Assembly: GCF_006345805.1 (NCBI RefSeq)
Contig: NC_042998.1
Span: 42,098,001 to 42,162,000, forward strand
Length of the DNA: 64,000 nt
Origin: Octopus sinensis
Lineage: Eukaryota
Direction of reading: 5' to 3'
Shown: positions 39,001 through 52,534 of the stretch, in pieces
How positions within the stretch are numbered: position 1 is the stretch's first letter
Layout: the number at the start of each line of letters is the position of its first letter
The notes under the pieces: generated by a model
What the model was told of the DNA's origin: nothing
The model's database searches: none
Seen by the model: only the letters and a program-made list of their open reading frames with translations
Translations under genes and position numbers: made by a program

Positions 39001-42000
39001 TTAAAGATGTTTTTCAAACAGTAAACAAACTTCTTTCTCTTATACATTACAATAAAACACAAAAATTCCAATTTGCATGATTTCTCATCATGTTTCTCCA
39101 CCTCTTTCTCTCTCTCTCTCTCTCTCTTCTTAGAACACTATAACAGTAATTCTTACTTTAATGCAAATTTAAGTAAATACCTGATACTCTATTAATTAAT
39201 ATTTAACAGCTTAAATTTAAACTCCATTGTTGAGAAGCTCTGAATCACTGTTTAACTGCTGAGTTCAAGCAATTTTGAACATTTGCCAAATTTTACTACA
39301 ATTAATTCATTTGAAAACATAATAAAACGATCAAGAAACATAATTGCTAGATATGTCCAAAGAAGTTTAAGTTGTGGTAGTTGTGGTATAACTGGAACTT
39401 ATTTGTTCATTTTCCACAATAACCTGATGATTTTAGGCTGATTATAACAAAACTATAAATATATAAAATAAAATGCTGCATTTTTCCTTTTTTTCCCTCC
39501 CTTCACTAATATAATTTCCCTATGTAAAGGTTGGTGTATTTTAGGATATAGAGATTTTGAAACTGGGTAGATGTGCATCAGTGTAATTGTGTATGAATTT
39601 GTATTTTGGATGGTGGGCAGTTTGTATTCTGCTGGTATATGTATATATGTTTAATGTTGGTTCCTTTTATTCTTTTCTTTTTCTACACCTAAATTCTTGA
39701 AAATGGACATTACTAAAAAAACAATGAAATACCCTTTCAAAGTGATGAAAAATAAGTCTACAAAAAAAAAAAAAAGAAAAAAACTGCACCAACATTTTTA
39801 CTATATAATATTAATGTTATTTGGGGATTGCTATAAAAAAATATTGCCTCAAGAATATTTTGATGTTTTTTTCTACTTGCAAAAGGTTTTAAAAATTGAA
39901 ACCACATAAAACCCAACAAATTCTGAATAAAGTGCCTGTAATGTAATTCCTTATCAGTCATTATTTGGACTTCAGGCAAGTCATCGTCTTCTACCACATC
40001 ATACCCCCTCTGCCTCCTTTGTACGGTAGATATAGCTGAATTGGTTCCTGGAAAAATAATCTGCATTGTTCTAAGGTGCCTAGCCCGTCTCTCTCTTATC
40101 TTCAGCTTCTTATATTCACATCAACTTCCTGTCTCTAAAAGCTATACAGTTTCTGAGTTGATCGGTATTGCTAATAGGAGACTATTCGTTACATTTTAAC
40201 CTGACAAATTAGGCTTAAAGATCACATTGTGGATTGTTTCAATCCCAGTATCCAGAAATGGATGATGTTGATGCTGCAAATAAGCTGACACTGAATATGG
40301 GCCAGTGTCTACTGCTGTCAATATAGACAGAAGACATCACTGAGTCTCTCGACTAAGACACGAATATGTCGATTGGGCCGGTTTTCTATTTTAGAGCTTT
40401 CTTCATCTCCTACCGCCACCTCTTTCCGTTTGTCTTTCTTGTTTATCTCCCTTTCTCTCACGTTTATTTCTCTTTATTCTTTCCTGTTTAACTCCCCTTT
40501 TCCCTTACAACCTGTCACAAATGGCTTGTAAATAAAAGTTTAATTTCAAATTGATATTTTGTTTTTTTCCTTTTACTGCCAATCACTTTTTCTCCATTCA
40601 TTTTCTCTCCTATTTACTACATTACAGTAAAAGTGGAGATGAAACTGACTCTCTAATAGCATCTTAGCCATTAGTATAAAGCTAAAATCTAAATATTTTG
40701 ATAGGACATAGAATAACTATCACTCAATCTTACATCAAGTTGATATAATTTATAGGTAAAACCTATCAAAGACTGGATAACTTCTAAAACAAGTTCTGAA
40801 AGCATTGAAGTAAATACAATCAACAAGGACTGCCATGTGAAGTATAAAAAAATTTTTTTAACAAATCTCAATTGGGACACTATACAATTGTATAAAGTCA
40901 TTTAAAATGATTTACAAAGGCAGAGGAGGAGGACTGTGGTGGCATAAGACAAGTGAGGAGGATGGATGATGATACTTGGATTTTGTAGGTCTTTTGCATT
41001 CATAGCAATGTAATGCATGAAATATGTTCTGACTGGCCTAAAGGAGCACAGATCAAGAGATGAAAATAATAAATAGAAGCAACAACTGATGGCTTCAACA
41101 TGAGAAATGCCTATGGTGTATTTGATTTTAAAAAGTAGTACTATCTGAGCAGACAAACTTTAAGCATCAATTACTAGTTTGGAAAAAAAAAATATTGCAG
41201 CTAATCTAAGTGATGTTAAGTTTTATGCATACAAATATTTAAATACATGAATATAAATGTTAGAGATTTATGCAGGTTACAAAAAAAAAACCCAAAAAAA
41301 ACATTGTATTTAATTAAGAACCCAACCAATGTGCCAAATTGCTGGCCAACTTTTACAAGTTGCACTAAACATCTCTCATTTTTTATATCCTTAGTAATTT
41401 GTAACTATAGAGAAAACGCATAAGTATTGTAGGAAGGGGATTCAATTTGACTGGTACTTTTCTTTTTAATTGACCCAGGCAGATTTGAACTCAGAATTTA
41501 AAGGGACTTAACCAAATACTACAATTGTGGTGATATATTGATTTTGACGTCCACTGCCCTTATTTTGATATTAATAATGAAATTTCTATTATACCATTTA
41601 TTTATTCCATTAATAACACAAAATAAAAGCCAGAAAAAAAAAATTCTTGATAGAAACTGAAAATACATTCATTATGCTATCTAGGGCTGTGAAGTCAGTA
41701 AAAATATACCAACTCTGACTGACATACCACATTAATATTTTCTACTTCATAGATATTAATTTATCATCAAATCAGAATTAAGGGCTTTTATGAAAGATCT
41801 GGAAGAAGCAATTCTGTTTCTAAGAACAAGATGTTAGTAAATTCTGGATTTAATTTTTGATTTAATCTTATTCCTTAGATACAAGATATAACATATTTAG
41901 TCAGGATAAACTTTACACTCATTTCAGTTTTATATTAAAAACATAAATTTATTTCTTTTAAAATGATCATTTGTTAAGTTGTTTTACATATTCAGTCTTT

Positions 42001-42731
42001 TAGTTTTAACTTTGATGTAGTTTGTAACTATTATATCCTTTATAACTCTCTGATAAAAACAATTTAAAAAAAAAATTTTGCAAGTTTTATCTAATGCATA
42101 ATTGTAACTTAACGGCATTGCTACAGCCTGTGCAGTCAACCAATATACCATTAGTCCAATTGCAAATAAGAATCAGAGTTGGATATTTTGTGTTATGAAT
42201 CCACAACCCTGATGTCATCAGAATTCACAAAAATGTTCAAGACAATACACTTTACCATTTATACTTTTTGGATATTAAAACTATTCATTGAATTTAGTGT
42301 AACCTGCTTCAGTAATGGAACAGCTTACATATTAGGAACTTCTGCTCCTATGAATACCCCATAAATGAACAACTATACTGAATATGTATTTGTAAGAATT
42401 ACATTCATCTGACTGTAAATGAATTATAAAATATTCATATTATGTCACAGTTTCACCAATTTCATAATTGCTTTAGGACACAATACAAAATTATGCTCTT
42501 ACAATATATTAAAGATGTTTGTTATGTGTTAATATAAAGCATTAAATCTAATTAGTAATGATTATTTGATAAGAGTTTAGTGATACAGCTTTTTAGTAGC
42601 CATTCCTCTTTTGTTTAAGCTACTACATATTGTTAAGCTGTAAGAATGTAATGCATTTCAAACAAGACAAAAATTCAAATTATAGTGGTTACTATCAAAA
42701 GAAAAGACAAATATTTCAATCGTAAATTTGA

Positions 42732-42737
42732 TTTATT
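42732..42737 (-). terminator. Candidate polyadenylation signal of CACYBP
   Basis: AATAAA on the minus strand about 200 nt past the stop, followed by U/GU-rich TTTGTCTTTTCTTTTG. Confidence 0.5.
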
Positions 42738-42936
42738 TTGCAAATAATTTTTCCAAAATTCTTCCTTAGTAATGATTCATCTTTAATAATATTTGTACAA
42801 ATGTTCTGTAATGGTCAGAAAGACCCGATAGCTTAAGAGCTGTCTGGCATTCAGGAAGAATATATGACATTAAAAAATAATGGAGAAAAAAAAAAAAAAA
42901 TTCTGCACAAGGTAGCCGCCAATGTGATGTTTCTGG

Positions 42937-43081
42937 TTAAAGTTCTGATACTTTATTTCGGGACTTGTACCATGCTTTACTTATTGTTCGTTTCATTTCA
43001 TCATCACCTTCATCATATATGTTCTTTAATATGTCCATGATGCCTTCACTTGGATCTTTGTCATCATCAAGAGTTGGTTTC
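42937..43081 (-). CDS. CACYBP: Calcyclin-binding protein (SIP) exon 6, SGS domain
   Basis: catttcag|G AAA CCA...; [47 protein letters not shown], matching the SGS motif DPSEGLM..LKKIY..GDDDMKRTI.KAW. Confidence 0.97.
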
Positions 43082-44496
43082 CTGAAATGAGAAATATTGT
43101 AATTTTTGTTAAGTGCAGTTATTTCATACATTCCAGAAATGCAGAGTAATCTCGTCTTTTGAATCATAAAAAAGGAGAAATATCTTCTAAAAATGTAAAG
43201 TGGATTTGTTCATCTATTAGTTTGAAATTCCACTTTAGAATTTGGTTTCGTTGATATATTTCCAATGTCTGTATTTGATTTGGTAAATATACTTTATTGA
43301 AATATTTAAATGCAGAAGCAAGGAAATGATATTTGTTTCATGGGTTGTTACTGAAAAACGTGATTGAGAGGCAGAAGTAGAGTACCAAGTTAAGCCTTGC
43401 ATAATTGTTATGACCCTGTATGTTTTGAGTTAATATCCCACCTTGTGCCAAAGCAAGAAATAGTTATTAGTAAGGACAACAGTGTTGCATTGAATACCAT
43501 TGAGTAATCAGTCCTGTCTGAGCTCTCCACTCCCCAAACACCAAGTTCCTTTCATCCTTCTGGGATCACTAACATAATTACCAGTGAAATACTTATGTTG
43601 CTGGGTGTTGGACCTGATGACAGACATGTCAACCATCTCAATTATAGAACTGTGTGGCATTGTTCCATCATTAAGTATCACTGGGGCCACTGCTTTTCAC
43701 AGAAATAATGTGCTATCAGAGTTAACCTGTAAATGCAAGCAGTCTTGAGAAGATTCATTTGAGATAACCACAGTCAATTATTTGAAAGAATCCTCAGGGA
43801 TATCAGTAACAATTGACTAATTTAAACCCAGTACTTAATGGTACTCTATGAATCTTAAAAGAATGAAAACAAGGTTGACATTGGCATTGAGGCAGATAAA
43901 AATCAACATCATCTCCCAACAATTTAGAGCATAATCTTATTGTAAATATTAAATTTTAGTTAACTCCAAGTCTAAAAATGAGGGTATATTATTGATTATG
44001 TTTGGTTTACCGTAAAGTATTTTTATTTAGATCAAGAATAAAAAATATCTTGGTGAAGCAGCAGGAAATTTTCGACATGAAAAGATGTGAGTGGGGTGTA
44101 CTAAATCATAATCTTGAGTTTTAAAGAGTAAAAAATAAGCATCAAATAATTCTTGCTTAAATGTCAAAGGAAATGTCAAAGGGAGAACAATGAAGATGAG
44201 AGTAATGCTCTTGAAAATTTCATATTTAGAAAAGAAGAAAAATCGTCTTTATGGTGAGACAACATCACAAGGTCTCCAAATTTTATGCATTTGTTGTATA
44301 TTTAATAAAGGATAACTTTTCTTTAAAAAAATTTAATGTTTTATCAAAGCTGTAAACATGTTAATCACTTCCGTGCTAATTGATATCACAGCCCTAAATT
44401 GGCTTCTTTTGTTCATTCTTATTTCCTTGCATAAAAGAAATACTTATTTCAAATTCTAAAAAATAGATGTCTCAAATACATATCTACATGCATATA

Positions 44497-44528
<32 letters not shown>

Positions 44529-45429
44529 TACCACACAAATATATAATAATTCAAGCATAATCAAACAACACATACACATTACTTTCTTGTTATAAAATGC
44601 AGCCAAAATTTTGCCTCAAGGAGATAGCTTGATTCCTGGCATCACCAAGTACTAGCTGTATTACACTATTTCTCAATTGATTATATGTAATAACCAAACA
44701 AAGTTCTTTTAAGAGCTCACATCAGACTTTAAAACAGTTCTTTTAAGAACTTCACCTGTCAAACCTTCCTTATGTGCAATATCAACTAAGAACTTTACAT
44801 TCCAGGATTAATCAGCACAATTTTAATGTTACCAATCACATTTCTTATAAGAATTGTACAACTTCTAACTTTATAAAGCACAAGTCAAACTTTATAAACA
44901 CTGTTCTTGTGAATAAATATTATATCTTTTGTAATCCTGACTTGTCATTATCTCAACTATCAAACTGGGAAAACAATCTTTTCTTAAACACATTCAAACA
45001 CACAAGTCATTAGCCTGGAATTACAAATTTACTATCAATATCTCTAAGAAAACAAACACCATTAGGCAAATTAAAAATTTAAAAACTATGATATGCTCTA
45101 ATACTAAGATAGCACAAATGAAATTTTAAAAAAATGATTAAGTCAGTATCAAAAAAATATGCAAAACTAATGACTAATAGGAAATTAACTTTTCATTCAA
45201 GATTATAATTGTCAAATTAAATGACATTTGCTTTTTCAATACAGTTTTCCATACTAACAGTTCAATATTTATCAGCATAGTACAGAATGTTATATAATTC
45301 CTCATAACAACAATATGATTAAGAGATGTGCATTTTTACCTGTATTAAAAAATAAATCAGGATCTTTCCAGAATCAATTAAGCACTTGCAGGTATATCAC
45401 AGTACAAACATTGCTAAAACTTAACTTAC

Positions 45430-45530
45430 TTTATTTTTTCTTTCTTTTTATCTAATGAAACTTCTGAAACATGATCCCAGGTGATCTGATTCTTCTTCAT
45501 TAACATCAACACTAGGGAATCAGTCTTAAT
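45430..45530 (-). CDS. CACYBP: Calcyclin-binding protein exon 5 (end of CS domain)
   Basis: ctttccag|ATT AAG ACT GAT...ATA AA|gtaagt; IKTDSLVLMLMKKNQITWDHVSEVSLDKKKEKIK. Confidence 0.93.
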
Positions 45531-46137
45531 CTGGAAAGAAAAAAAACCCCAAATAGACCATAATTGAAATAAATTAATATAACCTAGAAAAATTTATGAA
45601 AAACAAGATAACTAAGCAATCTACAGTTAGAAATGATAAATAGATTAAACGCAATTGTTCTAATACCATGTGAGGTCAAAGTAAAAAAAAATCGATTTGT
45701 TAAGCACTGGATGATATAGCAACCTAAATTTTCTCCATATTTTCTATATACTAAAAAAATCCCAACTAACCATCTGCTTTTGTAGCTTGATATGATATTC
45801 ATTTTATTCCTTTATTGCTACAGAGGTGGTTTGTAAAAGAAAAAAAAAAGATTTTTTCATTCAAGACAATAAATATCACAACCTAAAAGTGTAGTTATGC
45901 TCTTAAAAATAATTTATAAATTAGGAGAGCTATACATTGAAAATATGTGCTTCTTGAACCATGTTGAATTCATAGTTATGCAAGAAAATAGAAAGTTTAA
46001 ACACTGAGCTTTTACATTTAAGAGTTTTAGCAGAATATTTAAAAGTAAAAAAAGTACTGGGGTCAATTTGCTAGGCTAAAACCCTTCAAGGTGGTGCTCC
46101 AGCATAGCCACCGTTCAATGAGTGACATGAATAAAAG

Positions 46138-46170
<33 letters not shown>

Positions 46171-46680
46171 ATATATATACACACACATATATATATATAT
46201 TCAGGCATGGTTGTGTGGATAAGTTTGCTTTGCTTTCAGATTCAATCCCACTGTATCATACTTTGGACAAGTGACTCACATCATAACCCTCAGATTTACT
46301 AATGCTTAGTGAGTAGAATTTGGTAGGCTGAAGCTGTGTAGAAACCCCCCACTCTCTCTCTCATATATATATACATACACACACACACACATACTTGGGG
46401 CCAATTACATTCAGTACTCTTGACCATCAGTCTGCACTCCCGTAGTGCATGATATCACTCCATTTCACTGTTTGCCATCATACTTGTCTCCTTTTCTCTC
46501 CAGCATCCTGGTTCTTTGTCAACATCCCTTCCTGGATCATATGTACCTATCTCAATATACTGAGTACTCCTACCACGTTCATACCTCACATTCTGCAAAG
46601 AGATTGGTGAATGAACAAATATGTGGGGCCCTGAGATTCCTTTAATGCCATTGCAGACATGACAATTTTTGTGCTGTAAA

Positions 46681-47006
46681 GATCCTCTTCGGTCATGAAT
46701 GACCATAGGAATTGCACCTAGAATGTTACCCTCCAAGACAAATCTGGGCATGATTGTTTATGGAAGAGCTGCAGCCGCCCATGCATAACAATCTCCCCTT
46801 TCCACACCACCAATGTTAGCCCAAGGGAAAGGCAAAGGCCTAAACAGCTTGGCACCAGTGACGTTGCAACTCATTTCTACAGCTGAGTGAACTGGAGCAA
46901 CATGAAATAAAGTGTTCTGCTCAAGAATACAACACAGAGACTTGTCTGGGAATTGAACTGATGATTGTGACCTCAACACCCTACCCGCTGAACCAGGTGC
47001 CTTCAC
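46681..47006 (-). mobile_element. tRNA-derived SINE, family C
   Basis: Reverse complement homologous to 24839-25172. Confidence 0.8.
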
Positions 47007-47625
47007 ATGCACCTTTTGTGCTGTGTGTGTGTGTGTGTGTGTGTATAAAAAAGGAAAAGGAATCGAGCCAGAGTACATTGTGTTAAGCATAAGGTTGTAA
47101 ATGAGAGCAACCAGGTATAGAAACCAAGTCACGCCAAAATCAAACAAGTGAGAGATATTGGTCCTCCAACCTGCCTAGGTGAGCAACACTTGAAGGTGAA
47201 GACCCTAAACTGTGGCACCCCATCCAAGCCTTGCCAGCAAGGAAAGCAAAAGTAAAACATTTACACTCAATTGGTGTTGAAACAGAAGAGTTGTAGTACT
47301 GAATAGAAAGCCTTGAAGTATCTGTTTTGGCTTTGTGTGATCCGAGTTCAAATCCTGCTTCCTACATCAGCAAAACAGTTCCTTTAGGACTTGACAAAAA
47401 CAGCTACAAGTTTAAGCAAGTGTTCAAGTATTTCAGCTCATCTTGCTTAATGCCAGCATACCAGCTTGTAGGAGAAAATGCAACCAATAAATGCCAGTGT
47501 TCACTAAGTGTGAAATAAATGAAACAATGACCATAGAAAAACAACAATGAAATAACTGAAAAACGAAAATCAAATGGAAGCTATGTGTTATGATTAGTGA
47601 AGTAAAGCATCAGTATTTAACTAAC

Positions 47626-47725
47626 CTTGAAGGAACTGTCTGATGGTATGATGGAGCCGGCCAACTTCTTCACTTTGAAATGGTAATTTTTGTTATCAAG
47701 ATTTGAAACAGTTAAATCCAAAGAT
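47626..47725 (-). CDS. CACYBP: Calcyclin-binding protein exon 4 (CS domain)
   Basis: attgacag|A TCT TTG GAT...TTC AAG|gttagt; SLDLTVSNLDNKNYHFKVKKLAGSIIPSDSSFK. Confidence 0.93.
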
Positions 47726-48808
47726 CTGTCAATAGAATTACAAATCTAATTAAATATTTTCTCAAGAAACACTTCATTCATTTTTTTTTTATATATTTTT
47801 AAATATAATAGCAATGGTTAGATTCATGTTATCACTTTGGCAATGGAGTCTACAATTGCTTCTAGACTGAAGAATATGGACCCCACCTTGTAAAATAAAG
47901 GATTAGGCTTAAAAATTATTTGCAAACTACTTGAATCTGAATAGGCATAAAAAAAAAAGATCATGTCTGTGCCTCCCTCTCTATATAATTGAAATTATAC
48001 TTAAGTATCAACCATCAAAATTTGAAGGTAATTTTCTCATTAATGCAAATTTGGTCAACATATAGTAAAATTGCATCACCATAAATTTCTTTTCACAATG
48101 TAAAAATGTGTGTGTGCATATATGAAATTATGTATTCTCAAGAAATCAAACTATTCGCACAGCATATTAAATGACATATAATCCATATTTATATTTGGTA
48201 AGATATTGTTTACATCAAAATTTTATAGAATTTTGGGGAAGAAGTTATCAGTAAGTATCTATTTGTATGTCTTAAAACATTTGCTTTTGTGCACAAGGAA
48301 ACTAACAGTATATCGTGCATTTGCAAAGTGAAACACCATAGGGTTTAGAGTTAGTGGTTGACCTATCGTTTTGTTTACCAATCATCTATATTAAAATCAA
48401 TAAATTACATTTTACTTGTGCTTACTTAACTTGGCCTACAACTACCTATTAAAACTATTCATTCTAGTCATCAGCTGAGAGAACTTCTTTATAGAGTCTT
48501 AACCTGCAAGAAATAGCAGCCAAATTTTCCTGAAATTACATTAAAAAATGTAAACACCATCTCTTTCAAACTATCTATCTATAATTAAGCCAATACTTTG
48601 CAATATCTCAGTTGATGAGTCTGACTTAAGTAATTTCCCCTATGTCTTTTTCCCATAATTCACAGAATTTTTTGAAACCAAATTGAATGGATTTCAAGTT
48701 TTCAACACTATTAGAAATATAAACAGGTTTTAGATCACATTTTTTTTCCAGATATTAAGTAGATAATTAAAATGATTTATCTTACTTTGCAATGTTTCAA
48801 TTACTTAA

Positions 48809-50749
48809 CCCTTTCGTTACTATATTTCTAACCAAAATACATGCCTTATGAGAATTAAATTCTAAAATAATCATGAATTTAGACTAGTTTCATTAAACAT
48901 TTTTATTTATCAACATATTGTGATTTTTGGAACACAACTGAAGAAAAGGTTCTTAATTCTATTGGATAACTTTTGTCTCAAAGTGACTCTACAGGTAAAT
49001 ACAGGTAAATTCAGCAAAATATAAAAATATTAAAATTTTGTTTAAACATCACCATAGAAAATGAGTCATCAGCTAATATTCAATTGGGTATGCAACAAAA
49101 TTTTAATATAGAAGTATTGTGCACATCACTAGATTATCATTTATATTTAATGCTCATGTTTACTATATATCAAACCAGGTATTGCCACCATTTATTAACC
49201 GGTCTACCAACTGGATAATAACTCATTTCGTTCAGCCAATCTACACTGACCATATAATCGAGGTTCACAAACGGGGTGCTACTTTCATCTACACGTGGTT
49301 GTGCACGGGTAGATAGAAAATTTATCTGCCTCTTATCTCTGTATGCGGCCGCTAGTAGATTTCCTTTCTGCTGTTGGATTATTTCACCTCTTCTTTTTTT
49401 TTTTTAATTTTGCCTTTTTTTTATATCCAACAGCAGCCCTTTTCTACTAGCAATTACTGTAGCACACATATATGTTGTTACAGCTTCTAAATCCAACACA
49501 AGTTTGACTGAACTAAAAAAAAAATAATGGTCAAAAATTATTATACGGCCCTAGTTATGGTATGGAAGTGATAAATTCCAAACCACAATGTACCCTAGGC
49601 CATGCTGACTAATATCATTGTCCCTTTTCCCAGTATAAAACTAAACCCACAGCAGTACCCAGTACTTACTTCACAAATTTTCCAAACTTTGATCCTCCAC
49701 TTTGTGGGCTTTCCTGGCTTATATTGTTGGAAGTGTACCCTTCCTTTATACTCCACCATTCCCTCATTGACGGATAGGTATCTATCAGGATTGTAGAGTG
49801 TTCTATATGTGTTTTGAACACAGTCGATGAGGGGTCTTATTTTAAATAAGGGATCAAAGTTTGTTTTTCCACATACTGGGGAACTACAAGTGTCTCTCAC
49901 GTGTAAATACTGATTCAATTTCACAAATCATGTCTCTGACATAATACTGGAAATACTGATTGCTCCTGTAATTTGTAATTCTGGGTAATTGTCTTATAAT
50001 ATTTATGGCAAAAAATGCCTGTATTTCTTCTATGCTTGTGGGAAACCACAAGCTATCTTTTTTTTCAGTTTGTTTACATTCTACATAACAGTTTGTTTCC
50101 GCAGTAATTGCTTCAAACAAGCTTACTGGAAAAAATAAGGAAAAAAAGTCTAACAGTTATGCTTCCTGAGAAAGACTATGAGTAGATCCAGTCTCCTCAG
50201 AAAAATAGTTGATGGAAATATTTTTTAACTTCTTACATAGTGAAACTAATAAAAATGAAACAATTGAAAGTGAAACCATATAATAGTGAAACTATTATAT
50301 CACATTACAATAGAGATATTGCTATCACTGTTGCTATCATCGCTTTCAGTTTCTTCAGAATCACTGCTTTCAGTTTTGGATACAGAAATATATGATTCAT
50401 ATACATACATCATGTGCTTTTGTAGTTCACTCATACTTTTGCTTGATTTCTCAATATCTTCTTTTGAAAAGCCCTCTAATACAGAATCACTCCTATCCAT
50501 TTTTAAAGTTGAAAAAAAATCGCCACAGAAAAAATGTGGAAAAACATCCCCCAAAATTTACGGAGATCAGATATCATATCAATGTTGGATACTATAACTT
50601 GACTATTTACGAAGTGAAATCACATGTTTCCACAAATGTACTAATGAGATTTGTGCTGAAATTCACATTGCTTGGCCGGCTATGGGTGGGTTTGTTGTTT
50701 GAGCCAAAAGATTTTTCAGCTGGCTGTGGCTGGGTTGCTATCGAAAGGG
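48809..50749 (-). mobile_element. Decayed piggyBac transposon with PGBD4-like transposase pseudogene
   Basis: TTAA|CCCTTTCGTTAC...GCTATCGAAAGGG|TTAA; minus-strand FDPLFKIRPLID...LSVNEGMVEYKGRVHFQQYKPGKPTKWRIKVW plus an acidic Ser/Asp/Glu N-terminus. Confidence 0.92.
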
Positions 50750-50778
50750 TTAAGAGTGTAAAAAAAAGTTCAACTTAC

Positions 50779-50875
50779 GTTTCTTGAAAATCACATTTTA
50801 TGTTTTCTTTAGATAACTGTTGAATATTTTTAAGATCAATATATATTTTCATGTATTTATTAGACTGATCCCAAG
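50779..50875 (-). CDS. CACYBP: Calcyclin-binding protein exon 3 (start of CS domain)
   Basis: tctttcag|CT TGG GAT CAG...GAA AC|gtaagt; AWDQSNKYMKIYIDLKNIQQLSKENIKCDFQET (Y-x-WDQS motif). Confidence 0.95.
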
Positions 50876-51044
50876 CTGAAAGAAAAATATGTAAATATTA
50901 GACCAAAAGTTTTAAGTAATTTAAAAGAAAATAGACAAGATCACAATATATCAAAATCCTAAGAAGCTGTTAGAATCATTAGCACACTGGGCAAAATGCT
51001 CAGCAGCATTTCATCTGTCTGAGGACATCAACTTTGCTGTTCAT

Positions 51045-51440
51045 CCAAATCCCAGGCAAATTGAGAGTAGTCTATTTATGTTGGGGGCACGGAATTTCGA
51101 GGAAAAAAATTATAAGTAAAAGAGTCCTAAATCAAAGAGAGCACACAAGTCAAATTTGGTGAAATTCGGTTGAATATTGTAGGAGTAGAAGTGGTTCACA
51201 TAACACACACAGAAGACAACTTTGCGTACCATTGCATAGACGTGGTGGGTTCAAATCCTAGGCGAATTGAGTCATCTATTTATGTTGGGGGTGTGGAATT
51301 TTAAGGAAAAAATTATAAGAAAAAGCATCCTAAATCAAAAAGAGCACACATGTCAAATTTGGTGAAATTCAGTTGAAAATTGTAGTAGAAGTGATTCACA
51401 TAACACACAGACAGACAACTTGCCTTTTAATATATAAGAC
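51045..51440 (-). mobile_element. Non-autonomous Helitron-like element with an internal tandem duplication
   Basis: Two roughly 180-bp similar units (51045-51225 and 51252-51425). The minus-strand start TCTTATATATTAAAAGGCAAAGTTGTCTGTCTGTGTG is typical of non-autonomous Helitron 5' ends. Confidence 0.5.
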
Positions 51441-51831
51441 AGATGGAAGCCCAAGATGATTTCAGCAGGATTTAAACTTAAAGAGCTAGAACTAAAACAA
51501 CTCTAACAATCATGCTATTAAAAAAACTTTTTCTCTTATTTTCATTGTAAGACTGAAGATAGAATTTTTCTTAATGTACTGAGTAGGGTACTTAAACACC
51601 TAAGTCAAGTGTCATCTGATACAATAGGATGTACAATAGCAATGTCTTCTGCTTTTATTTATTTATTTATTTTGGCTTAAGTAGTAACAGTACATAAGCT
51701 AAGTAAAAGAATCAAAATTTAGTAATTGCTATAATAGATACATGACTGAAGATCCTACAAATCCCTAAAGATTTCAATAACGGTATGTAGAAGTATGACT
51801 ATGAAATGAATGTACACATACACTACATTAA

Positions 51832-52051
51832 CCCTTTCGTTACCAACCCGGCTGAAACCGGCTCTGGCTCTAAGTACAAATGTCTTGTTTTCATAAGTTT
51901 TGAATTAAAACCTTCCACCTAACCTTAGTCACAATTTATGTTCCTAAAATTAGCTGAATGATAACTAAGTTATTTTACTAAATTCTTTGTTATATTTAAA
52001 GTAATTGAAAGGAACATAGATTATATCAAAATAAATACAGTAACGAAATGG
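51832..52051. mobile_element. piggyBac MITE sharing termini with the 48809-50749 element
   Basis: TTAA|CCCTTTCGTTAC...GTAACGAAATGG|TTAA. Confidence 0.85.
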
Positions 52052-52341
52052 TTAAGAATTAAATGTCAGCATAAAAATTAAAAAGCCAAAGTGAAATATT
52101 CCAAAAGATTTATGATATTTATTATTGACTATCTAATTATATACCTTTCTATTAAGCACTCTGAAACATTGAAACATTAAATCTTACAAATTTAAGCTGT
52201 TTGATTTGGCTCATAGATAGCAACAAAGCTTGAAACAAAATATTTGGGTAAATAGACATATTTAGTAAATGTCATTATGGTAACCCTAACCCAAGAATAA
52301 AAATGATGGTGATAATGTCATTATAAAAAAAAAAAACTCAC

Positions 52342-52534
52342 CATAGGTACTTAATTCAACAGTGACACAACGGCTTTGAGTATTTGTAGCCGCTTTCTCA
52401 CTTGCACATGCTTTCGCTTTCATGGCAGAAAGTTCTGATTGTAGTTTCAACAATTCTTTCTGAAGAATATTTTTTACATATGGTCTTTCAGCTTTCTCTG
52501 TAAGTATTACCATCTCTTCAACATCCTTTTGAAC
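52342..52534 (-). CDS. CACYBP: Calcyclin-binding protein exon 2 (N-terminal helical hairpin)
   Basis: ttttggcag|GTT CAA AAG GAT...ACC TAT G|gtgagt; VQKDVEEMVILTEKAERPYVKNILQKELLKLQSELSAMK...VTVELSTY, similar to the SIP N-terminus LQKDLEEV..L.EKA.R. Confidence 0.95.

Noticed and set aside
39758-40066. 102-aa minus-strand ORF
   Set aside because: No recognisable domain, and it runs into a poly-T tract.
49595-50554. Possible domesticated PGBD gene
   Set aside because: It is frameshifted, has stops and a D-to-N change in the first catalytic motif, and still has TIRs and TTAA flanks.
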